Shown here piece by piece: positions 1-10,163 of a DNA stretch of 64,000 nt. The DNA is taken from assembly GCA_965228895.1 (NCBI GenBank), contig OZ245842.1, positions 3,008,001-3,072,000 on the forward strand. The letters run 5' to 3'. The position numbers were made by a program, and so were the translations under genes. Position 1 is the stretch's first letter. Each line of letters begins with the position of its first letter. Under the pieces are notes generated by a model. The model worked only from the letters and a program-made list of their open reading frames with translations, had not been told where the DNA came from and ran no database searches. The DNA comes from Alphaproteobacteria bacterium. Its GTDB lineage: Bacteria; Pseudomonadota; Alphaproteobacteria; SP197.

Positions 1-446
1 TCGTCGCCATCGCGCATCACGGTGACGTTGAGCGAACCGCGCGGCTCGCTGTAACGGTAGAGGTTCTTGTCCGGCAGGGTCGCACGCAGGAAATCGAGAA
101 AGTCGTCGCCCTCAAACAACGCGCGAAACGGCGAGTCCGGGGGAATGTCGTCGCGGCTGACATAGCCGACGGCGAACCTCACCGTCACCGCCTCGCTGTT
201 GTCGTCCGACGAACCACAATCCGGCGGCCTGTAGTCGGGCGTCATGACGTGATCGCTGAAATGGGCCAGCGGCTCCAGCCTCTCGGCTTCGGCGCAGCAA
301 CGCTGCAAACCGTCCGGACTCAGGAAACCCGGAAGGTGGAACGCGCCGCCATCGGCAAGCTGCCGGCGCGCGTCCGCCACCAGGTTGCAGCCGCTCGTCG
401 ATGCGAGATTGTCAATCGGATAGGTTTCAAGGTCGACAATGGTCAT
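1..446 (-). CDS. Fe(II)/2OG oxygenase of HalD/BesD (ArpA-like) family, partial (3' end runs off the left edge)
   Basis: Not in the ORF track. Manual translation from ATG at 446: MTIVDLETYPIDNLAST...GGAFHLPGFL...DDIPPDSPFRALF...FLDFLRATLPDKNLYRYSEPRGSLNVTVMRDGD. This matches my recollection of the family N-terminal half; the metal-binding motif lies outside the window. Confidence 0.7.
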   Translation of the reverse strand, partial: MTIVDLETYPIDNLASTSGCNLVADARRQLADGGAFHLPGFLSPDGLQRCCAEAERLEPLAHFSDHVMTPDYRPPDCGSSDDNSEAVTVRFAVGYVSRDDIPPDSPFRALFEGDDFLDFLRATLPDKNLYRYSEPRGSLNVTVMRDGD

Positions 447-481
447 GGATTATCCGTGATGCCAAGTCCGGTCAGAAATGG

Positions 482-703
482 TCAAAGGTCCAAGCCCGCC
501 ATGCGCAGCCCCTCGAACAGATGCTGGTTGTCGTCTCCGTGTTCGAGCTTGGCGTCCCTGCGCCAATATGCTTGCCCCGCGTCAGGATTGGTCGGCACCG
601 CCTCCAGATCGCTCTCGGCAGCCTTCAGATACGCGTCCAACGTCGCGCGGGCTTCGTCCATGCGGCCGGCATAGGCAAGGCTCGCGGCTAGCCTGCGTTC
701 CAT
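482..703 (-). pseudogene. Probable C-terminal remnant of a TPR-containing adenylate-cyclase/TolB-like protein
   Basis: 73 aa ORF LAASLAYAGRMDEARA...HLFEGLRMAGL resembles the typical C-terminal tail (EGLRKAGL) of such proteins; no upstream domains present. Confidence 0.45.
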
Positions 704-824
704 TGGCTCTCCCTTCTCCGGCAGACTAGCGAGCGCGATCGTTAGCGTCCATGCTGCGCCCGCCTCGAATCGGGCCGCCGCGCCTGATTGAAGTTTTGAT
801 CGAACCCACTACCGGAATTGCACC

Positions 825-2306
825 ATGACCGACGACCAACAGATCTTCATCGGCGGCGGCGAGACGGCCCAGAACCTGAACCTGGGCTTCGCCAATCGGC
901 ACGGCCTAATCGCCGGTGCCACGGGCACCGGCAAGACCGTGACCTTGCAGATTCTGGCCGAAGGGTTCTCGCAAGCCGGCGTTCCGGTCTTTCTGTCCGA
1001 TGTGAAGGGCGATCTCTCCGGTCTATCGCAGGCGGGCGTGGCCAAACCGAAACTGCTGGAACGGGTCGAAACGATCGGCATGGAAGGTTTCGATCCGGCG
1101 CCGACCCCGGTCGTCTTCTGGGACCTGTTCGGCAAACAAGGCCATCCCGTACGCACGACGGTGTCGGAGATGGGGCCCCTGCTCTTGGCGCGGCTCTTGG
1201 AACTGAACGACGTGCAGGAAGGTGTCCTGTCGATCGCCTTTCAGGTCGCCGACGACGAGGGTCTGCCGATCCTCGACCTGAAGGACCTGAAGTCGCTGCT
1301 GCAGTTCGTTGCCGATAACCGCAAAGACCTGTCGACAGAATATGGCAACGTCTCCGTCCAATCGGTCGGCGCCATACAACGTCGCCTCTTAACGTTGAAG
1401 CAACAGGGCGGCGACAAGTTCTTCGGCGAGCCGGCGCTTGACCTCAACGACTTCATGCGCACCGCGCCGGATGGCCGCGGCTACGTCAGCATTCTGGCAG
1501 CCGACAAGCTGATGTTGACGCCTCAGCTCTACGCCACGTTCCTTCTGTGGCTGCTGTCGGAACTGTTTGAAGACCTGCCGGAAGTCGGTGATCCCGACAA
1601 ACCCAAGCTCGTGTTCTTCTTCGACGAGGCGCACCTGTTGTTCGACAACGCACCGAAGGCGCTGATCCAGAAGATCGAACAGGTCGTGCGGCTGATCCGC
1701 TCGAAGGGCGTCGGCGTCTACTTCGTGACGCAGAGCCCGCTCGATGTGCCTGACGAGGTCCTCGGTCAGTTGGGCAACCGTGTCCAGCACGCGCTTCGCG
1801 CCTTCACACCGCGCGACCGCAAGGCGGTGAAAGCCGCAGCCGAGACGTTCCGCGCCAACCCCAGACTGGATGTCGCGACGGCGATTACGGAACTGGGCGT
1901 CGGTGAGGCCTTGGTCTCGACCCTGCAAGACCGGGGCGTGCCGAGCGTGGTCGAGCGCACGCTGATCCGCCCGCCCTTGTCGCGCATGGGCCCGGCCAAG
2001 CGCGCCGAGCGCCAGGCGGTGATCGCCGACAGCCCGGTCGCCGGGCTTTATGACGAGACCGTCGACCGCAAGTCGGCCCATGAGGTTCTGGCCAAACGTG
2101 CCGAGAAAGCAGCCAAGGAGCAGGCCAAGGCCGACGAACGGGCCAAGGCCGAAAGGACGTCGTCACGCAGCAGTGGCTCGTCGGGCGGACGCCGCCGTCA
2201 ATCGGCTACCGAAACCATGGCAAAGAGTGTCTTGCGAAGTGCCGGGCGCACCATCGGCCGCGAACTTGTGCGCGGCATTCTGGGCTCGCTGTTCAAGGGG
2301 CGGTGA
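825..2306 (+). CDS. yjgR: HerA-like ATPase, DUF853/YjgR family
   Basis: [16 protein letters not shown] Walker [19 protein letters not shown] Walker [27 protein letters not shown]-terminus. Confidence 0.9.
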   Translation: MTDDQQIFIGGGETAQNLNLGFANRHGLIAGATGTGKTVTLQILAEGFSQAGVPVFLSDVKGDLSGLSQAGVAKPKLLERVETIGMEGFDPAPTPVVFWDLFGKQGHPVRTTVSEMGPLLLARLLELNDVQEGVLSIAFQVADDEGLPILDLKDLKSLLQFVADNRKDLSTEYGNVSVQSVGAIQRRLLTLKQQGGDKFFGEPALDLNDFMRTAPDGRGYVSILAADKLMLTPQLYATFLLWLLSELFEDLPEVGDPDKPKLVFFFDEAHLLFDNAPKALIQKIEQVVRLIRSKGVGVYFVTQSPLDVPDEVLGQLGNRVQHALRAFTPRDRKAVKAAAETFRANPRLDVATAITELGVGEALVSTLQDRGVPSVVERTLIRPPLSRMGPAKRAERQAVIADSPVAGLYDETVDRKSAHEVLAKRAEKAAKEQAKADERAKAERTSSRSSGSSGGRRRQSATETMAKSVLRSAGRTIGRELVRGILGSLFKGR

Positions 2307-2324
2307 TCGCGCGACGGCGGAAGG

Positions 2325-4703
2325 TCAGTCGCTGTGCTTCGCCGCGATGTCGCCGTGAACTTCCGGATGCTCCTCTTCCGCTTCCGACGGATCGGGTTCA
2401 GTTGACGTGTCTTGCGGCGGCGGCTCGGTATCCTCGGCATCAATGCGGACATGAGCCGGCGGCGTGCGGCCCTTTCTGACTTCGCCGAAATAGAGCGACA
2501 TGTGCGGGAACGGAATCTCGATACCTTCCTTGTCGAACCGCAGTTTGATGCGGCGCAGGTATTCGCGGCGCACGCCCCACTGGTAACCGGCCACCGTCTT
2601 GATCCGGACACGCAAGGTGACGGCGGAGTCGTCGAGCGAATTGACGCCGAACACCTCGAGATCGCCGATAAGATGTTCGGCGAACTCCGTATCCTCGCGG
2701 GCCACACGATCGACATCCTTGATGACATCGAGCACGTGATCGGTGTTCTCCTGATAGGCGACGCCGACATCGATTACCGCGTAGCCGTAGTCGCGGGTCA
2801 TGTTGGTAACGGCGGTGACCTCACCAAATGGCACGGTGTGCACGTATCCGTCGAGGTCACGCATCTTCAGCGTGCGGATCGAGAGGCTCTCGACCGTGCC
2901 CATCTTGCCGCCGGCCTCCACGAAGTCACCGATCTGCACCTGATCCTCGAACAGGATGAAGGCGCCGGTGATGACATCGCGCACCAAGGCCTGGGCACCG
3001 AAGCCGATCGCCAAGCCAATGACGCCGGCGCCGGCGAGCAGCGGCCCGATGTCGACACCCAGTTCCGATAGGATCGTGATGATGACAATGGTACAGATCG
3101 TCACCAGCAGCACGTTGCGTAACAAAGGCAGCAGGGTGATCAGGCGCGGACTGGCGGTGTGATCACCCTCGCTCGTCACGTAATTGGTCAAGGCGCCATC
3201 GCCCAATTCCCACACCACGATGGCAATGATGATGATGATGACAGTGGCAATCACCCGCCCGATAACGTGTGCACCTTCCGGCGAGGCCAGCAGGCTCAAG
3301 ACGTCTATCCGCCAAGCCTCCAGTATGACCACCGCGGCGATGATCCAGATCAGGGCGCTAACAAACCAAGTGAGGACGGAAACGTAGCGGTTGACCCGGT
3401 GCTTCAGGCCCGGGAAGCGCGTACGGAAGGCGGCGTCGACACGGAAGATGCGGTCAAACAACCGCCGTTGGCCGGTCGACAGCAACAACGCAACAAAGAA
3501 GACGACCGTCGAAATGGCGAAGGCCCTGAGGACATAGGTGAAGTCATCTTTCAGATTAAGCGCGTAGACGACATAGACCAGCACTACCATCAAGACTGCG
3601 AAGATGTGCCAAATATCGGCCAGGCGATTGCGTATCATCGCGGCGCCACCGTCTGATTGCTCACGTATCCAGCCGGCAACCGGCTGGCGCAACTGCAGAA
3701 TCAGGACGAAGGCCATCAGGCCGATGATAAGACCGATCAGCCGTTCGATGAGTTCGTAGCTGCTGTCTGGAATGCCGAGCGTCACCAGCAGATCGGCAAT
3801 GAAGAACCCATAGACACCGACAACAACGAACCGCGCCGTCCAGATATAGAGGTAGGCGGCAGTCTCGTCGCCCAAAGGTATAGGTCGCACATTCGCCAGA
3901 AGCGGTGACGTCACACAGCGCGCGACCGCTAGCAGGACCTGGGCAATGGCGATCGCGTTGACGAAGGTCGAGGCGACGTTGTCGGTCAGTACCGGCGGTT
4001 CAAGCAGTGCGATCAATGCATGGGCGACACCAGCGAAGACGACCACCGGGGCAATGCGCAGCAACAATCGGAAGAAAGCCATCAGCAGACGATCCGACCA
4101 CGTGGCGCCCTGCTGGCCCTCTATTCTGCGGCGCTGGCCGCGCAGCAAAAAACGCAAGACAAGAGCGCCGGCCAGACCGCAAGCCAGGATAGCCGCCATT
4201 TGCCACAACGCCGTCAACCAGGCGTCTCTGTCGGCCGGGTTCTCCACTTGCTCGGCGACCCACGCCAGAAGGTCGCCGCCATCGTCGACGTCGTGCAGCA
4301 GCGCTCCGACGTCTTGGTCCAAGGCGCCGACTTTTTCGGCGATGTCACCGACGATGTCACCATCACCACCACTGTCCGCCGTTTCGCCCGTATCGGCGGC
4401 CGTGCTATCGGCCGTGGTGCCGGTCGCGGATCCCTGGCGCTCCTTTTCGGCCTCGATCAGGGCTTTCAACTGGCCGAGGAAGGCCGCCCGCTGGTCTGGG
4501 TCTTCCAGCGTCGTCACCAATCCTTCCAGTTCCTGGATGGTAACGGACTGGGTATCGACGTTGCTGTCTGCGGTTGTTTCGCCCGTGCCGGAGGCATCGC
4601 CCTCCTGCGCCAAAGCCGGTGTCGCGAGGGCGATCGCCGCGACCACGATCAGTCCTGCTGCGACCAGCGCGGTCCGTGATAGAATTGCCGTGCAAAAACG
4701 CAT
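2325..4703 (-). CDS. Small-conductance mechanosensitive channel, YbiO-like large MscS
   Basis: GPLLAGAGVIGLAIGFGAQALVRDVITGAFILFEDQ, GTVESLSIRT, GIEIPFP; signal-like N-terminus. Start moved to ATG 4703 (MRFCTAIL). Confidence 0.9.
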   Translation of the reverse strand: MRFCTAILSRTALVAAGLIVVAAIALATPALAQEGDASGTGETTADSNVDTQSVTIQELEGLVTTLEDPDQRAAFLGQLKALIEAEKERQGSATGTTADSTAADTGETADSGGDGDIVGDIAEKVGALDQDVGALLHDVDDGGDLLAWVAEQVENPADRDAWLTALWQMAAILACGLAGALVLRFLLRGQRRRIEGQQGATWSDRLLMAFFRLLLRIAPVVVFAGVAHALIALLEPPVLTDNVASTFVNAIAIAQVLLAVARCVTSPLLANVRPIPLGDETAAYLYIWTARFVVVGVYGFFIADLLVTLGIPDSSYELIERLIGLIIGLMAFVLILQLRQPVAGWIREQSDGGAAMIRNRLADIWHIFAVLMVVLVYVVYALNLKDDFTYVLRAFAISTVVFFVALLLSTGQRRLFDRIFRVDAAFRTRFPGLKHRVNRYVSVLTWFVSALIWIIAAVVILEAWRIDVLSLLASPEGAHVIGRVIATVIIIIIAIVVWELGDGALTNYVTSEGDHTASPRLITLLPLLRNVLLVTICTIVIITILSELGVDIGPLLAGAGVIGLAIGFGAQALVRDVITGAFILFEDQVQIGDFVEAGGKMGTVESLSIRTLKMRDLDGYVHTVPFGEVTAVTNMTRDYGYAVIDVGVAYQENTDHVLDVIKDVDRVAREDTEFAEHLIGDLEVFGVNSLDDSAVTLRVRIKTVAGYQWGVRREYLRRIKLRFDKEGIEIPFPHMSLYFGEVRKGRTPPAHVRIDAEDTEPPPQDTSTEPDPSEAEEEHPEVHGDIAAKHSD

Positions 4704-4766
4704 CAAGAGGCCGAACCCAACAGTTTTCGGCCGGGAAGCTGCCACGTTGTCGAACCGGAAGCGAGT

Positions 4767-5339
4767 ATGAAGAGGCTCATCGGCGCATTGTTGCTGCTGA
4801 TTCTCGGCCAGACAACGGTCCAGGCGGGGTTTCTTGCCGGTGAAGCGGCCTTGCATGCCGGCCAGTTCGAACGCGCCCATGCGGAGCTGCTGCCCGCCGC
4901 CGACCAGGGCGACGCACGCGCGCAGAACGCGCTCGCGCTACTCTACCTGAACGGCTGGGGGGTCGCGACCGATCACCGTCTGGCGGCCAGCCTGTTCCGG
5001 CAGGCTGCCGACCAAGGTTATGCCCGGGCCGAACACAATCTGGCCCTGCTCTATCAGACCGGACGCGGCGTCGAACAGGACGAGACCGTGGCCGCCGATT
5101 GGCTCAAACGAGCGGCGCGGCGCGGCTATGTCCCCTCGCAATCGGATCTGGGCTATGCCTATTACGCGGGCCAGGGCGTACCACGCGACCTGCTGCGCGC
5201 GTACTTCTGGTGGACCCTGGCATCCAAACGATTGGACCTCGAGGCAACCCGTGCGCGCGAGGACATCATCTTCATGATGACTGCGCACCAAAAACACATC
5301 GCCGAACTGCTCGCCGAGCAGTTCGTGCCCGATAGGTAA
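4767..5339 (+). CDS. Sel1-repeat secreted protein
   Basis: Signal peptide, then AQNALALLYLNGWGV, AEHNLALLYQTGRGV and SQSDLGYAYYAGQGV Sel1 repeats. Confidence 0.85.
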   Translation: MKRLIGALLLLILGQTTVQAGFLAGEAALHAGQFERAHAELLPAADQGDARAQNALALLYLNGWGVATDHRLAASLFRQAADQGYARAEHNLALLYQTGRGVEQDETVAADWLKRAARRGYVPSQSDLGYAYYAGQGVPRDLLRAYFWWTLASKRLDLEATRAREDIIFMMTAHQKHIAELLAEQFVPDR

Positions 5340-5363
5340 GGCCGGCTACCGTCGACAAGGGCG

Positions 5364-5503
5364 CTGGAGCGGATCATGGTTAGATGGGACCGCTTGACGG
5401 TCCCATCTAACCATGTGAATCCGCTCTTTATCGATGAGTAGAGCAGATTCACCTGTCTTGATGTCATCGCGAAGCAATTCCATCAAAACAGGATCTGCTC
5501 TAG
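5364..5503 (+). repeat. Double-hairpin interspersed palindromic repeat (REP/RIME/MITE-like), copy 1
   Basis: Hairpin A TGGTTAGATGGGACCG-CTTGA-CGGTCCCATCTAACCA; hairpin B TAGAGCAGAT...ATCTGCTCTA. Near-identical to 49235-49374. Confidence 0.85.
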
Positions 5504-5599
5504 CGCCGAAACCACTTTCCCTGAGGCCCCGGCTTCGCCTATAACCAGCGCTGGCGCGCGGACGCCTTGGTTTTGACGTCTTGGGACCGGGATATCGAC

Positions 5600-5737
5600 A
5601 TGGAGCACACGCCTTCGGATTGGGAAAACGCTGACCAGAGCCATCTGGGCACCTATCGCCGGTTTATGAAGCTGACGCTCTATTCCACCATCTTCCTGAT
5701 CATCCTTCTGATCTTGATGGCGCTCTTCCTGGTCTAG
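5600..5737 (+). CDS. aa3-type cytochrome c oxidase subunit IV-like small membrane protein (45 aa)
   Basis: Below the ORF-track cutoff. MEHTPSDWENADQSHLGTYRRFMKLTLYSTIFLIILLILMALFLV has the HxxTYxxF motif followed by one C-terminal TM helix. Confidence 0.75.
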   Translation: MEHTPSDWENADQSHLGTYRRFMKLTLYSTIFLIILLILMALFLV

Positions 5738-5763
5738 GACCGCTCGCCAGGCGCCGTTCTTCC

Positions 5764-6237
5764 TTGTCTTGGATCCCTGATCGGCTGGTTTCCGGGGGGC
5801 AGACCGGGGTCGACCGCGCCGCGCTTGACCTAGCCATGGCGCTTGACCTGCCGTGCGGCGGCTGGTGTCCCAAAGGCCGTCGCGCCGAAGACGGGCCGAT
5901 CGACGAGCGCTACCCGCTCAAGGAAACACCGCAGATTGATTACGCCGAGCGCACGGCGTGGAACATCCGCGATTCCGACGCCACCTTGATCATCAGCCCC
6001 CAACCGCTGACCGGCGGCACAAAACTGACCGCCGAACTGGCAAAGCGCCAACCGCGGCCGTGGCTGGCCGTCGATCCCAGCAGCGATCCGGATGCCTTGA
6101 CAAAGGCGCAAGCGTGGTTGGACCAACAACAACCCGGCGTTCTCAACATCGCGGGACCGCGCGCCAGCAAGACACCCGATCACTACCGCGTCGCCTATGA
6201 TTTCCTGATGAGGCTGTTCGATCCCGAAGCGACCTGA
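5764..6237 (+). CDS. Putative molybdenum carrier / SLOG (YpsA-like) family protein
   Basis: SGGQTGVDRAALD, GGWCPKGRRAEDG, RTAWNIRDSDATL, LNIAGPRAS. Confidence 0.85.
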   Translation: MSWIPDRLVSGGQTGVDRAALDLAMALDLPCGGWCPKGRRAEDGPIDERYPLKETPQIDYAERTAWNIRDSDATLIISPQPLTGGTKLTAELAKRQPRPWLAVDPSSDPDALTKAQAWLDQQQPGVLNIAGPRASKTPDHYRVAYDFLMRLFDPEAT

Positions 6238-6248
6238 CGTTCGTCGCG

Positions 6249-6725
6249 CTATTCCAAACCAATGACACCGCTGCGCACGCGGTCCGGCTCCAGTGCCAGG
6301 GCGTGACAAAGGTCGTCGAAGGTCCTGACTTCGTCGGGCAAGACACGGTTGTCGGCGGCGATGATCAGCCAGGCAACACGCATCAAGGTGCGGGCGCGTT
6401 TTGGTTTCGCCGCCATACGCTCGATTTTGGCCATCAAGATGCGTCGCGACCTCTCAGGCTCGGACCGCAGCGCATGGACGTACTCGTCAAAAATCGAGAT
6501 CGCCTTGCCGGCGTCAAAACCAGCTAGAATTGGCTCGCGCTCCAGGATGGCGTCGATGCGATAACGTTCCTCCAACGACACGTCGCCGTCAGCCTGGGCC
6601 GCCAGCGCGCTGACGGCCATCGCCGCCTTCAAGAACGGGCGGTCGCGAAAACGCTCGACCTCGGCCGATAGTTTCACCATCAAGGGGCCGCGATGTTCGC
6701 GCCTGCCCACGTCATTAACTGCCAT
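6249..6725 (-). CDS. TerB family (tellurite resistance-like) protein
   Basis: FLKAAMAVSALAAQADGDVSLEE ... IIAADNRVLPDE, the two-ADG pattern of TerB. Confidence 0.75.
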   Translation of the reverse strand: MAVNDVGRREHRGPLMVKLSAEVERFRDRPFLKAAMAVSALAAQADGDVSLEERYRIDAILEREPILAGFDAGKAISIFDEYVHALRSEPERSRRILMAKIERMAAKPKRARTLMRVAWLIIAADNRVLPDEVRTFDDLCHALALEPDRVRSGVIGLE

Positions 6726-6904
6726 CACTACTCCCAACGCATTCCCAGCAACCGGCGCGGAGCCGGGAAACTACAGCCAAATCCACGTCCTGTCCCTATC
6801 CACAGTTCGTTGGGCCCGGTGTGATCAAGCGCATTGGCAGATGGTCACGAAGCGGACATGCTTAGGCAATCGCCCGTTCTTTGTGCCGCAAGCCTTCGGA
6901 AGCC

Positions 6905-7654
6905 ATGTCAAAACCGTCCGCCTCGACCATTCTGCCGACCGTATTCGCCGAATATCAGCCGATCATCGACCTTTCCCGCAACCGTATGGTGGGCTGTGAG
7001 GCGCTGGCGCGCTGGACGCCGAAGGGCAAGAAGCCGATCAGCATCGGCAGCGTGATCGACGGTATCGAGGCCAACGAAAAGCACGCCATGGACCTGACGC
7101 GGCGCATGTTGACCTGCATCCGCAACGATCTGGAACCGCTGTTGGCCACGCACCCCCACTTTTGCGTGCATGTCAACATTCCCCCTATCGTAATCGGCAG
7201 CAGCGGCGTCGCTACCCTGCTCGAGGAAGCCGACCTTGCCGCCTATCACAGCCAGTTGGTCGGCGAGATCACCGAACGCCAAGCGCTGGATGACTTGGGC
7301 CGCAGCGCCATTCACATGGCGCGAGACGAATTGGGTATGCGTGTCGCCATCGACGATTTCGGCACCGGCCAGTCGGGCCTGGAGCAGTTGATCGGGCTAG
7401 AGGTCGATATTCTGAAGATCGACCAGACCTTCATCGGACTGATCGGCGAAGATCCCGCGGCCGAGCGGCTGGTCCGCGCCATCACCGCCCTTGCCGCCGT
7501 CCTCGACAACGAGGTGATCGCCGAAGGGGTCGAGACATCGGCCCAGGCGACCTTCCTGCGCGACATCGGCGTGAACAAGGGACAGGGCTGGTTGTGGTCA
7601 AAGGCAATCGGACCGCTTGAGTTGGAGACCTGGCTGGAAGCAGCCTCGGTCTAG
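6905..7654 (+). CDS. Stand-alone EAL-domain c-di-GMP phosphodiesterase
   Basis: YQPIIDL, CEALARW, VNI, EITE, DDFGTGQS, LKIDQTF, AEGVET and QGW motifs present. Confidence 0.9.
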   Translation: MSKPSASTILPTVFAEYQPIIDLSRNRMVGCEALARWTPKGKKPISIGSVIDGIEANEKHAMDLTRRMLTCIRNDLEPLLATHPHFCVHVNIPPIVIGSSGVATLLEEADLAAYHSQLVGEITERQALDDLGRSAIHMARDELGMRVAIDDFGTGQSGLEQLIGLEVDILKIDQTFIGLIGEDPAAERLVRAITALAAVLDNEVIAEGVETSAQATFLRDIGVNKGQGWLWSKAIGPLELETWLEAASV

Positions 7655-7673
7655 CCGCCGGTGTCATGAACCC

Positions 7674-8459
7674 ATGACAACCGGCGACAGCGCAGACGAC
7701 CAGCTTGTCCGTCTTGATCGGCTTGACGACACCATCGCCGTCATCGCGCTCAACAAACCACCGCTCAACCTGATCGATGTTCCCCTGCTCGACGCGCTGC
7801 TGGCGGTCCTGCGCAAAGCAGGCGACGACGATACGGTCCGCGCGGTTGTCATCACCACCGATCTGGCGCGCGCGTTCAGCGCCGGTCTCGACCTCGTCCA
7901 GGTCTTGGACGGCGGTTCGGCCATGATGCGCGCCATGCTGCAACGCCTCTACATCGACCTCTATGATGTCCAGCACACGCTCGGCAAACCGTCGATCGCG
8001 GCGATCAACGGGCTGGCGCGCGGCGGCGGCATGTCGCTGGCGGTCTCGTGTAACATGATCGTGGCCGCGGATGATGCAAGCTTCGGTTACCCAGAGCTCA
8101 ACGTCGGCATTCTGCCTGGCATCCACTTCACGCATCTACCCCGCATCGTCGGCCGTCACAAGGCGTTCGACCTGTTGTTCGGCGGCGAGCCGTTCGACAC
8201 GGCCGAAGCCCACCGTCTCGGTCTGGTCACCCGCGTGGCGGAACCCGGCGAGGCGCGCGCATCGGCGCTTGCGATGGCACGGTCGTTTGCCCAAAAGCCG
8301 CCCGACGCGATGCGGCACGCGCGCGAACACTTCATGCGCATCAACGACCGCGACTACCGCAGCAAGATCGCCAGCGTCGTCGACACCATGGCCACCATGA
8401 TCGACAGCGCTGAAACACGCCATGCGCTCGAGAAGTTCTTGGGCAAGTCGGGCAACTAA
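7674..8459 (+). CDS. Enoyl-CoA hydratase/isomerase family protein
   Basis: AFSAGLDL, KPSIAAINGLARGGG, FGYPELNVGILP. Confidence 0.9.
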   Translation: MTTGDSADDQLVRLDRLDDTIAVIALNKPPLNLIDVPLLDALLAVLRKAGDDDTVRAVVITTDLARAFSAGLDLVQVLDGGSAMMRAMLQRLYIDLYDVQHTLGKPSIAAINGLARGGGMSLAVSCNMIVAADDASFGYPELNVGILPGIHFTHLPRIVGRHKAFDLLFGGEPFDTAEAHRLGLVTRVAEPGEARASALAMARSFAQKPPDAMRHAREHFMRINDRDYRSKIASVVDTMATMIDSAETRHALEKFLGKSGN

Positions 8460-8468
8460 ACGGCCTGC

Positions 8469-9242
8469 CTAACCGCCCGATCTGCCTTGCTGGTTATAGG
8501 TTAGACAAGACGCGTAGAAGGCGGCGAGATCGGCACCGAAGACCGTATCGTGATCGGCAATGAAATCCACAAGATCTTCCCAGGTCAGGCACGCTAGATT
8601 CATATGTCGAAGCGTCGGCAAGAAGTTTGCCTCGAACCATGCCAACTTCGGTTCGTCATACGCATCAACACGGCGCCGTACCACGGCCTCAACGCTTCGT
8701 TTGTTCATCATCTCTTGAAAAAAGCCACGTTCGATCTGCTGTTTGGGCGCCAACACAAAGAAACTCAGGTCGGACACTGACGCTGGGTCTCGTCCGGAAT
8801 GCCGAATTGTTTCAGCCATACAGGCGACGTTGCGAGCGGCCTGGTTGTAACCCGGCGCGCGCCTTGTGCCGGCGGAAAGCGTACTGAACATCTTGGCCTC
8901 GATGACCTTGAGCATTGTCCCGTCAACGTCAAACGACAAGTTGGCGTGGCCCGCACTTCCGATCTGAAAGTGACCTATGGCACCGTCAGCGTGCGTAAAA
9001 CCCTCGGCGTGAGAGTCGCCTCGATACCGGGGCAAGAACGTCGAAGTCAGCATGGCTTCGGAAAACCAAACGGCCGACGCATCGAAGGCGAGCGGATGAT
9101 CGACCGCTCGATTTGCGGCAAACCAGTCGAGAACCAGCCGCAGCATCCAGCCTTCTTCGAACAGCAGTGTTGACGGGAAAACACGATCACCCGACGTTGA
9201 TCTGCAAAGCATGTCCGAAATCCTGGTCAAGATCTGCTGCAT
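8469..9242 (-). CDS. Hypothetical protein, possible PD-(D/E)XK nuclease fold
   Basis: EGFTHADGAIG...KVIEAKMFS...YNQAARN pattern; visibly lower GC than neighbours. Confidence 0.55.
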   Translation of the reverse strand: MQQILTRISDMLCRSTSGDRVFPSTLLFEEGWMLRLVLDWFAANRAVDHPLAFDASAVWFSEAMLTSTFLPRYRGDSHAEGFTHADGAIGHFQIGSAGHANLSFDVDGTMLKVIEAKMFSTLSAGTRRAPGYNQAARNVACMAETIRHSGRDPASVSDLSFFVLAPKQQIERGFFQEMMNKRSVEAVVRRRVDAYDEPKLAWFEANFLPTLRHMNLACLTWEDLVDFIADHDTVFGADLAAFYASCLTYNQQGRSGG

Positions 9243-9406
9243 GCCGCAACTATGCATTAGGTTTGCCGGTGATTCACCCACCTCGTTTTTCTCCGGGTGT
9301 AGCGCAACAAAGTTTTCGGCACATTTCACCGCCACGTTATACATTTGAGGCGCTCCCAAGTTTTGAATGGGCTTTTCGTGTGATTGATAACGTGCAGGGT
9401 AAGTCG

Positions 9407-10159
9407 ATGGAAACAGAACCCATCCTGAAGCCGGGCGCGGTGGCGCTTGTGACGGGCGCCAGTGTCGGTATCGGCAAGGCGATCTGCATGCGTTTGTTGG
9501 AACAGGACGCGAAGCTGATCGCTGTCGCGCGCAACCGTGACCGGTTGGAGGCCTGCTTCAGCGATTACAGCGACAGCGTTCACGCGTTGCCGCTTGACGT
9601 GACCGACGGTCCGGCGGTCGCCGGGCTCATCGATAACCTGCCCGAGGCTTGGCGCGAGATTGACATTTTGGTCGCCAACGCCGGTTCGGATGTCGGCGGC
9701 CGGCGGCCGTTCTGCGAGGGCGATGTCGAGGATTGGGCGTCGACGGTCGAGACCAACGTGAACGGCGTTGTCAGAATCTGCCACGCCGTCTTGCCCGGCA
9801 TGCTGGCGCGTGGCCGCGGTCACGCGGTGATCGTCGGCTCGATTGACGCTTTGGGCACGCGTCCGGGTGGCAATGTCTATGCAGCGACCAAACATGCGGT
9901 ACATGCGCTCGCCGACGGTCTGCGCAAAGACTATGCGAACGATCCCATCCGCATCACCGAAATTCTGCCTGGCCTGGTGCGCACGGGTTTTGCCGAGGCC
10001 CGCTTTCGCGGCGATGAGGAACGGGCGGATGCGTATTATGAGTCGTTCGCCGCGTACCTCGAGGCCGACGACATCGCCCGCAGCACCATGTTTGCGTTGA
10101 ATCAACCGGCCCAGGTCAACATCGCGCAAATGGTCATCGTCCCGACGGGCGACAAATAG
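9407..10159 (+). CDS. SDR oxidoreductase (YdfG-like NADP-dependent 3-hydroxy acid dehydrogenase)
   Basis: TGASVGIG, LDVTD, ANAG, YAATK, ITEILPGLVRT. Confidence 0.9.
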   Translation: METEPILKPGAVALVTGASVGIGKAICMRLLEQDAKLIAVARNRDRLEACFSDYSDSVHALPLDVTDGPAVAGLIDNLPEAWREIDILVANAGSDVGGRRPFCEGDVEDWASTVETNVNGVVRICHAVLPGMLARGRGHAVIVGSIDALGTRPGGNVYAATKHAVHALADGLRKDYANDPIRITEILPGLVRTGFAEARFRGDEERADAYYESFAAYLEADDIARSTMFALNQPAQVNIAQMVIVPTGDK

Positions 10160-10163
10160 TCGC

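Noticed and set aside
825-2306. HerA-like ATPase as an anti-phage HerA system
   Set aside because: The sequence fits the widespread DUF853/YjgR family, with no adjacent Sir2, NurA or nuclease partner and typical GC.
5364-5503. Double-hairpin repeats as CRISPR repeats or tRNA genes
   Set aside because: Copies are dispersed singly in both orientations, with no spacers, no cas genes and no cloverleaf or T-loop.
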